Shown here piece by piece: positions 54,831 through 64,000 of a DNA stretch of 64,000 bases. Within the stretch, counting starts at the first letter, position 1. Each line of letters opens with the position of its first letter. The notes under the pieces were generated by a model. That model was not told the origin of the DNA. It searched no databases and saw only the letters and a list, made by a program, of their open reading frames with translations. Location: the NCBI GenBank assembly GCA_964016885.1, contig OZ024741.1, positions 32,178,001 through 32,242,000 of the forward strand. Reading direction: 5' to 3'. Source of the stretch: Eledone cirrhosa. Lineage: Eukaryota. The position numbers were made by a program, and so were the translations under genes.

Positions 54831-54874
54831 TATATGAATGTTGAATGTATATATGTATGTATGTATGTAAGTAT

Positions 54875-57800
54875 GTTCTTCTGGTTTTATAATTTCACAA
54901 AGTTTTACCAATAGAGAGAGAGTCGGGTTCTAACTTAGACACAAGACTCTCTCATTGGAATTTACACAACATCAACTACGTAGATATGTATGTATGTCTG
55001 CATGCATGCATGTGTAGATATGGATGTTATTGTATGTGTTGATGTGTATGTTTTGAGTTGTATGTGTGCATGTGTATATGCTTTGTATCTGTACATGTGT
55101 ATATGCAGTTATTAGATGCAACATTTTTGGAATGTTTTACATATTTTTACTGTTCCATTAATGGATTGTACTTGTAACTTCCTAACTAGTTGTGTTCTTT
55201 CTGTTCCTGTGAAGCCTTGCTTCTCAAGATTTGTATTGAGGCAGTTACTAACATATCCCAGTGCCCCAATAATCACAGGCATAAATCTGAAGGTGTAATC
55301 AGGGTGTAGTATCTGCAGATTTCTCATCAGTTCTGCATAAATATTCTCCTTTTCACTAATCTTTGATATTATATTGGCATCTGCTGGGCAGCTAATTTCC
55401 ACTACTGTGCATGTTTTCTTCTCCCTGTCCCATTTAATAATATTTGGTCTGTTATGCCTGCATTTTATTGGGGTTTTTACTGGAACATTACACCAGTACT
55501 CTTTCATATTATGTACATGGATGTCTTCCACATTGTTGTAGCTTTTAATGTGTTTATTATCGGGACTATCATTTTTACGAACTGCATTGTACAGGTTTTT
55601 GGCCACTACATCATGCCTCATAGGTAGATAGTATCGCGATGACATCTGTGGGCAGCTGCTGATGACATGGGTGATATCCTCGATATTAGTTCTGCAGAGT
55701 CCGCACTTGTTATCACATCTAGGTGTTTTGCCTGCATCCCTATCTCTTTTGTGAATCAGGTATTTCGTGCTAATCTCCTGTTCTTGGATTGCAAAAGCGT
55801 ATCCTTCAAAATGGGAGCCAATATAGCGGTTGTTGGTCCAAGATAGACTACTTTGCTTATCTATATTACTCTCACTCTGGAGCTTCCTGGCAACATATCC
55901 ATGCATGATTTTTTGCTGATAAGCATGCAGTCTTTTATCCATGGATTCACTGCGATACTGCTGAGCGATATCCTGGGTGTGAGTTTTTGATTATCACACA
56001 GGGAATATCTCTCAAGCAGTTCCTTCCCAACTCTCATGATCTTATCTGTTTCATGCAGATAGACTTGCTCGAGAAGCGGGCTCCTACGCTTCGAGGTTCG
56101 TAGATGTTGACGGAGAGATATGATGCGAAATTCAAATGTTGTCTGGACTGATGTTAGGCCTCTGCCTCCCTGCTTACGTTTCAAGTAATGGCGGTCTATG
56201 TCACTGTTGATGTGGAAGTTTCCGGTGTTGTTCAGTATTTTTCGAGTTCCAACATCAACGGCTCGGATTTCGTCTAGAGTCCAATTGAGTATTCCAAACG
56301 TTGGTGTTAGGACAGGCACAGCAAACACATTCTGAGCCACTGTTTTGTTTTGCGCAGAGAGTTCCGATGACCAGATCTTTCTTAATCGGGTGTAGTATTC
56401 CCTGGTTACGCGTTCTTTATTACAGATACCATTATAGGATATGTTCTCATCTATCCCCAGGTATCTGTAGCAATCCTCATCAGATATCGGTGAAACAGTT
56501 TGGCCATTGATGACAATGTTGCTAGAGTGGGTTGTTATTTTCCTCCGCTTTACAGTCATGTATGAGCATTAATCTTGGCCAAATTCTATTCCTATATCCT
56601 TTGAGAACGTTGTAACCAGATCAAGATTTTTCTTCATCCCATCTATGTTCTTGGCATAGAGTTTCAGATCATCCACAAAGAAATTATGGGTTAGGTTCTT
56701 ATTTCTGTCTTCCTCTGAGCCAATGATGTATCCCTCACATTTCTTGAGCAGAAAATACAAGGGGTTTAATGACAAGATGAATAATATCACAGGGAGACTG
56801 TCCCCCTGAAATATACCCCTGCAATATTTTATTTTATCAGTGAAAATAGATCCCCCCTCTCTGTCTTTAACCTTAGGATAGTAGCCCAAGAAGAAGACCG
56901 CCTCTCTATGGCTCTGACAATAATGTCTGGGACTTTAGCAAGTTGGAGGGCCTCTATCAAGAGTGGGGAACAGAATCGAAATCTTTCCTGTAGTCCAGCC
57001 AGACTGTAGACATATTCCTCGTAAGTTGTCGCACCTCCGACATCGCAGTTTTGTTGATTAGGACTTGTTCAGCACATCCCCAAACCCCTTTCTTTCCAGC
57101 TGCTTGTTCATCTGTGATGATGTTATTATTTTCACAGTGATCTTGGAGGAATAGGTTCAGGCAGGCTGTATACATCTTATACATCAGGTTCTGGCATGCA
57201 ATGGGTCGGTAGTTTTTTGCCAAGTGGGTGTCTTTGTTTTTGGGACCAGTAACGTTCGTGCTAATGTCAACCATTCTGGTATAAGTGTATCTCCCTTAAG
57301 AACTTGTTGGTAGAGGTCAGTAAGATACCTCCGATAGAATATCAGTTGTTTGTACCAGTAGCCCACAATAATGTCTCTTCCTGGTGTTTTCTTATCTTTG
57401 AGTTTTCATATCACAGTCTCAAGGGTACCCTCACTTATTTCGTATGTTTTTGTTGTAGTGTAGGAGCAATAGTTCTTTCGGATTTCTCTTAGCCACACTG
57501 CATCTTGGTTGAAATTCTTCTTATCACCCCATATTTTGCTACAAAAGGAATCTATGTGTTTCTGGGATGTGGCCTCAGTGACACTTATTATTTTGCCCTT
57601 CATATCTCTATAAACTGATGTTTGGTTTCGTCTGAATCTTTTATTAAGCACTTTTCTCTCATCTACCTTCTTCAGGTATCGGCGTTTTTCGCTAACAGCT
57701 CTAAATTCGTGTTTGAGGGTGATCAGCTTATATTAGAGAGTTCTGGTTTTACTGTTACCAAACGTCTCTATTTTATTTTTCACTCTTAGTTGGTGAGGAG

Positions 57801-59022
57801 TGAGGTTTTTTGTGTTTGTTTGCATGTAAGGAGCATTGTCACATATCCTATGTTTTTTTCGTAGGTCAGCAATATTTTTTTCTATTTTAGTTATATATGA
57901 TGGTTTTTTGGTGGTGTTCTGTTCTTGTTAATATCTCTGCTACCACCAAGATAATGCTTCACTGTCGTTGCTAGGGCATATAAACAGGCGTTGATTTGTC
58001 AAAATGTTGGGGTTTTTATCCGTCGTAAATATTCATCCCTTATTTCGTCAATAACACGTAATATTTAATTATTCCCTTATTTCGTCAATAACACGTAATA
58101 TTTAATTATTTCATTTTTTATTAAACATTGTCATTTTAATACGTTCAGCAAGAGAGATATTTATACATGAGTTAATTTCTCTCTGGAAGATTTCGTTGGG
58201 GGAAATTTTCAATTGTTTATACTTTTGATTATCATTATCGATAGTATTTTCCACAACAGTCGAGGTAGACTCGGATGGTACACATGGTGTCAAATTTCTT
58301 CGATTATTATTATTATTTCTTCGATTAGTATTATTATCGATAGTGTTTTCCCCAGCATTAGATGGTACACGTGGTGTCAAGTTTCTTACAGGCATAGTTG
58401 TTTCAAGACACTGTTGGACCTGGCTGCTAGGAAGTCTAGTAACATGGCGACCTGTGGCACGTGTTGTTGATAACATGTTTGTTGTGGGGGACTTACAATT
58501 AATAATATTCATCTTATTTTTACGTTCAACAAACGTGGCTTGTTGGCGTAATTGTTTCGCTGTGAAATAATTTAGCTCTCGGTGGATTTCGTCCCAGTGT
58601 AGCTTCATTCTATTCATATAGCCAATGGAGGGATTGTTTTTTGCCATTTTATAACAATTAAATAAATCATCATTAAGTTCGCAACTCCAAGAGAAATGCG
58701 ATTTATAATTTCGGTTTCTTCTGTAGCTACAACTGAATAAAGTTTGATTACCTTCCTTGTTATTTGTCTTCGGTACTTCCTTAATTTTTTTGTTGTTGTT
58801 GTGTTCAGCCATGCTGTTTGTAGCGAATCCTTGTAAAATGAATTATGTATTTAGTCGGATATCTCTACGAATTCGAATAAAAGGTGTCTTCAGAAGGTAT
58901 AGTTAGAAGAATAACCAGTTATTCAACCTGACTGTAGTTGTGACATTACTGTCGGAGATAGTATTCATCTTAAATTTAATAAATAGTCTCCCACGCCAAA
59001 ATATGCGACTCATCGCGTTGAC
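54875..59022 (-). mobile_element. Apparently full-length R4/Dong-like LINE (RT, CCHC, RLE), frameshifted
   Basis: KNYRPIAC, WLDYRKDFDSVPH, GIFQGDSL, FVDDLKLY, YRYLG, GGRGL, CGLC..EDITHVISSC, RHDVVA, RPNI..VEISCP..PVIIGALG; N-terminal ORF 58111-58812; both flanks are (ATGT)n. Confidence 0.9.
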
Positions 59023-59082
59023 TGTGTATGTATGTATATGTATATGAATGTATGTATGTATGTAAGTATGTATGTTAGAAAA

Positions 59083-60037
59083 AGTCGGGCTGGACACTCG
59101 ATCGCGCGGTTAAACCACTGGGAGTGAAGGACCCCTAGCCTTTGTCAGGGCATTCTTCTAGGAAAAGGCAACTCAGGAAACTGGGATAACTCCGATATAA
59201 AACCTGCGGCTCAGTAGTTACCGATAATGTTGATATTTTCTTCTTTTCGGGTTATAGCTACTGTCGTTCAGAGAGTGGTATTGGCTCAGTGCACAGTCTT
59301 TCCTCACTTTAAAAAATATCTTCAAGCACAGGCATTGCATGATAGAATTAATTAATAATTATTAATAATGGTATAACGAGGGGACAGCCATCACCATGTA
59401 AGTATGTATTTATGTTATGTCGAGACACTTTTGAGTGCTACTAGTAACATGTAACCCAGTACAATCTGTCGGAAGGTCGGATCGTCGGTGACTAAACCAG
59501 CAACCGCACCAAATTTACTTGGGGAGGAGGGTGATTTTGGACACCCTGCAGGACAAAAACCAAAACCTGACAAAAGGCGGAAGAACTCATAAGAGTCAAC
59601 GGCCATCCAAAAATGTGTAAATATGTATATAGACATGTACATATGTATGTATATGTGTATATACATGGGTGCATCTGTATGTATATGCGCGGGGACATGG
59701 AAAGAGTCGGGCTGGACACCCGATTGCGCGGTTAAACCACTGGCAGTGAAGGGCCCCTAGCCTTTGTCAGGGCATTCTTCTAGAAGGCAACTCAGGAAAC
59801 TGGGATAACTCCGATATAAAACCTGCGGCTCAGTAGTTACCGATAATGTTGATCTTTTCATCTTTTCGGGTTATAGCTACTGTCGTTCAGAGAGTGGGGT
59901 TGGCTCAGTGCACAGTCTTTCCTCACTTTAAAAATATCTTCACGCACAGGCATTGTATGATAGAATTAATTAACAATTATTAATAGTGGTATATCGTGCA
60001 ATGGCCATACTTGATAACGAGGGGGCAGCTATCATCA
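59083..60037 (+). mobile_element. Two copies of a fourth bipartite RTE subfamily (59083-59396, 59704-60037) and a solo 5' head (59417-59615)
   Basis: Direct similarity between the copies and to the 53916 modules; separated by ATGT-like tracts. Confidence 0.75.
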
Positions 60038-60046
60038 TGTATGTAT

Positions 60047-62526
60047 GTTCTTCTGGTTTTATAATTTCACAAAGTTTTACCAATAGAAAGAGAGTCGGTT
60101 TCTAACATAGACACAAGACTCTCTCATTGGAATTTACACAACATCAACTAGATAGATATGTATGTGTGTATGCATGTGTAGATATGGATGTCATTGTATG
60201 TGTGGATGTGTATGTTTTGAGCTGTATGTGTGCATGTGTATATGCTTTGTATATGCAGTTATTAGATGCACAATGTTTGGAATGTTTTAGTATGTTTACT
60301 GTTCCATTAATGGATCGTACTTGTAGTTTCCTAATTAGTTGTGTACTTTCTGTTCCTGTGAAGCCTAGCCTCTCAAGATTTGTATTGAGGCAGTTACTAA
60401 CACTTCCCAGTGCCCCAACAATCATAGGCATAAATCTGAAGGTGTAATCAGGGTGGAGTATCTGCAGATTTCTCATCAATTCTGCATAAATATTTTCCTT
60501 TTCACTTATCTTTGATATTATATTGGCATCTGCTGGGGAGCTAATTTCCACTACTGTGCATGTTTTCTTCTCCCTGTCACATGTCATAATATCTGGTCTG
60601 TTATGCCTGCATTTTATTGGGGTTTTTACTGGAACATTCCACCAGTACTCTTTCATATTATGTACATGGATGTCTTCCACATTGTTGTAGCTTTTAATGT
60701 GTTTATTATCGGGGCTATCTTTTTTACGAACTGCATTGTACAGTGTTTCGGCCACTACATCCTGCCTCATAGGTAGATAGTACCGCGATGACATGGGTGG
60801 TATCCTTGATGTTAGTTCTGCAGAGTCTGCACTCGTTATCACATCTACGTGTTTTGCCTGCATCCCTATCTCTTTTGTGTATCAGGTATTTCGTGCTAAT
60901 CTCCTGTTCTTGGATTGCAAAAGCGTATCCTTCAAAGTGGGAGCCAATATAGCGGTTGTTGTTCCAAGATAGACTACTTTCCTTATCTATATTACTCTCA
61001 CTCTGGAGCTTCCTGGCCATATATCTATGCATGATTTTTTGCTGATAAGCATGCAGTTTTTCATCCATGGATTCACTGCGATACTGCTGAGCGACATCCC
61101 TGGGTGTGAGTTTTTGATTATCACACAGGGAATATCTCTCAAAGAGTTCCTTCCCAACTCTCATGATCTTATCTGTTTCATGCAGATAGACTTGCTCGAG
61201 AAGCGGGCTCCTACGCTTCGAGGTTCGTAGATGTTGTCGGAGAGATATGATGCGAAATTCAAATGTTGTCTGGACTGATGTTAGGCCTCTGCCTCCCTGC
61301 TTATGTTTCAAGTACGGGCGGTCTATGTCACTGTTGATGTGGAAGTTTCCGTTGTCGTTCAGTATTTTTCGAGTTCCAACATCAACTGCTCGGATTTCGC
61401 GTATCGACCAATTGAGTATTTCAAACGTTGGTGTTAGGACAGGCACAGCAAACACATTCTGAGCCACTGTTTTGTTTTGCGCAGAGAGTTCCGATGACCA
61501 GACTTTCTTAATCGTGTGTAGTATTCCCTGGTTACGCGTTCTTTATTACAGATACCTTATAGGATATGTTCTCATCTATCCCCAGGTATCTGTAGCAGTT
61601 CTCATCAGATATCGGTGAAACAGTTAGACCATTGATGACAATGTTGCTAGATTGGGTTGTTGTTTTTAACCGCTTTACATCATGTATGAGCATTTATCTT
61701 GGCCAAACTCCATTCCTATATCCTTTGAGAACCTTGTACCCAGATCAAGATTTTTGGTCATCCATCCATCTTCTTCGCATAGAGTTTCAGATCATCCACA
61801 AAGAAATTATGGGTTAGGTTCGTATATTTGTCCTCCTGTGAGCCAATGATGTATCCCTCACATTTCTTGAGCAGAAAGGACAAGGGGTTTAATGACAAGA
61901 TGAAAAACATCACAGAGAGACTGTCCCCCTGAAATATACCCCTGCAATATTTTATTTTATCAGTGAAAATAGAGTCCTCCCTCTCTGTCTTTAACTTTAG
62001 GATAGTAGCCCAAGAAGAAGACAGCCTCTCTGTGGCTCTGACAATATTGTCTGGGACTTTAGCAAGTTTGAGGGCCTCTATCATCCAAGAGCGGGGAATA
62101 GAATCAAAATCTTTCCTGTAGTCCAGCCAGACTGTAGTCATATTCCTCCTAAGTTGTCGCACCTCCGACATCGCAGTTTTGTTGATTAGGAGTTGTTCAG
62201 CACATCCCCGAACCTTTTTCTTTCCAGCTGCTTGTTCATCTGTGATGATGTTATTATTTTCACAGTGATCTTGGAGGAATAGGTTCAGGCAGGCTGTATA
62301 CATCTTATACATCAGGTTCTGGCATGCAATGGGTCGGTAGTTTTTTGCCAAGTGGGTGTCTTTGTTGTTAGGGACCAGTAACGTTTGTGCTAATGTCAAC
62401 CATACTGGTATAAGTGAATCTCCCTTAAGAACTTGTTGGTAGAGGTCAGTAAGATACCTCCGATAGAATATTAGTTGTTTGTACCAGTAGCCAACAATCA
62501 TTTCTCTTCCTGGTGTTTTCTTATCT
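60047..62526 (-). mobile_element. 5'-truncated second copy of the R4/Dong-like LINE
   Basis: Highly similar to 54875-57396, with the same 3' terminus gttcttctgg on the plus strand; ORFs 61758-62501, 60724-61467 and 60144-60863. Confidence 0.9.
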
Positions 62527-62594
62527 ATCTATGTATGTATGTATGATGTATGTATGTATGTATGTGTGTATGTACGTAGCTTTTTTTTCTTCTT

Positions 62595-63187
62595 TTTTTA
62601 GTCCTGCAGGATGTCCAAAGTCACCTTCCTCAGAAGAAACCTTGGTGGGGTAGCCAGTTTAGTCGCCAACGACCCGACCATGAGACAGTTTGTACTGGGA
62701 TACATGTTACCAGTAGCACCAACTCGTGACCTGACAAAGAGCAAAGGAGCTCTTAAGTCTCAATGGCCATCCAATATCACCGGGAGAGATGACCCCTTAG
62801 CCTTTGTCAAGGCAGAATTCTAGGAGAAGGAAAACTCTGATATTACACCTGGAACCATGATGGTATCCAATGATGTTGACTTGTTCTTCTTTTTGGTAAA
62901 TATCATCTTGGTTAAGAGAGTGGGACTGGCTTTGTGCAGTGCCTTTGTTCACTATAAAAGCTTCACGGCACAGGCATTGCTTTATATCTGGAGATCTCTC
63001 TGCACTTGTCACATGGTGCCATGGGTCCAGCACTATGTGTCAATAATTGTCACAGGTGTAGTGTTTGTACCAGAGTTTTCAAGTCACTGGCCGGACTAAA
63101 AAGTCACACTTGTTTAGCGCATCGGTAGGGCTTCTCCTACATGGATATAAAGTAGTGGCCGTACTCGAAAACGAGTTGGCAGCCACC
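62595..63187 (+). mobile_element. Bipartite RTE derivative with inverted 5' head
   Basis: 62595-62735 is the reverse complement of the family 5' head; 62729-63187 is in sense orientation. Confidence 0.85.
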
Positions 63188-63359
63188 ATGTAGGTAGCTA
63201 GTTAGTGTGCACAATCGGTTTGAATATATTTTGTATTCTTTTGCATTTCAATGAAGGACGACTGTTTATGTTTTCTATTTTACGTTAAAATGTCATCCAC
63301 CGATTCTCTCAAATTGTGGCCTATCATTACACATCATCATTTGTCAATAAACATTTATT

Positions 63360-63485
63360 GATCTGAGTTCAAATTCTGCCGAGGTAAACTTTGCCTTTCA
63401 TGCTTACGGGGTCGATAAAATAAAGTACCAGTCATATACTGAGTAATTGCCGGCCTTGCCTTGTGCCAAGAAATAGAAACAAGTA
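63360..63485 (+). mobile_element. tRNA-derived SINE, 5'-truncated
   Basis: ctgagttcaaattctgccgagg..ttgcctttcat..gtcgataaaataaagtacc. Confidence 0.8.
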
Positions 63486-63552
63486 TTAATATAATCGGGT
63501 TGCCATATTAACCATAGCTATCTGAGTATCTCTGTCATTGTTTTCTCACCAA

Positions 63553-63673
<121 letters not shown>

Positions 63674-64000
63674 TATTGAAATTTGCTTGAAGCATTGTGG
63701 AACAATAAGTAAATATTTATAAGTCGTTTGGAAGCCCCGACAATGCAAATTGGTAAATCTCCGGGTAACAAGGTCCGGTGGTGGAGAGAGAGATATGTAG
63801 GTGGGTGTACGTTGAGATGCGTGGTGTGTATAAGATGTGTGAGATGTGTAGAATGAAGGGAAGAGTAAAAGAATAAAAATAATAATAACAACACAAGAGA
63901 GAGAGAGTTACCTTGGGAGAGATTTAATAGTCCCTATATATTTCGGATTCACATCCATCAACTGGGCTTTTTTCCGGGGTGGGGGAAAAGGTTTTCTGTC

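Overview
Eukaryotic, AT-rich, repeat-saturated non-genic DNA. The SINE family and the microsatellite load suggest a cephalopod, probably an octopod; this is an inference. No host protein-coding gene, rRNA, tRNA or CRISPR array is supportable, and most ORFs in the track are microsatellite translations. The window holds decayed retroelements (RTE, R4/Dong-like, Tx1/L1-like, Vingi-like, Penelope-like), a tRNA-derived SINE family, a Chapaev3-like DNA transposon with TIRs and TSD, MITE-like fold-backs, three minisatellites and a 200-N gap. Two systems stand out. (1) In the (TA)n-rich left part, many type I hammerhead ribozyme (HHR) motifs sit in Penelope-like remnants and in a 416-bp non-coding tandem repeat with one intact HHR per unit, which is a retrozyme-like candidate source of circular RNA. 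It shows stem covariation between copies, and a separate HHR has an 81-nt stem II extension. (2) In the (ATGT)n-rich right part, a family of non-autonomous bipartite RTE derivatives with a structured 5' RNA module co-occurs with R4/Dong-like elements inserted into (ATGT)n tracts. All coordinates and folds were read by eye.
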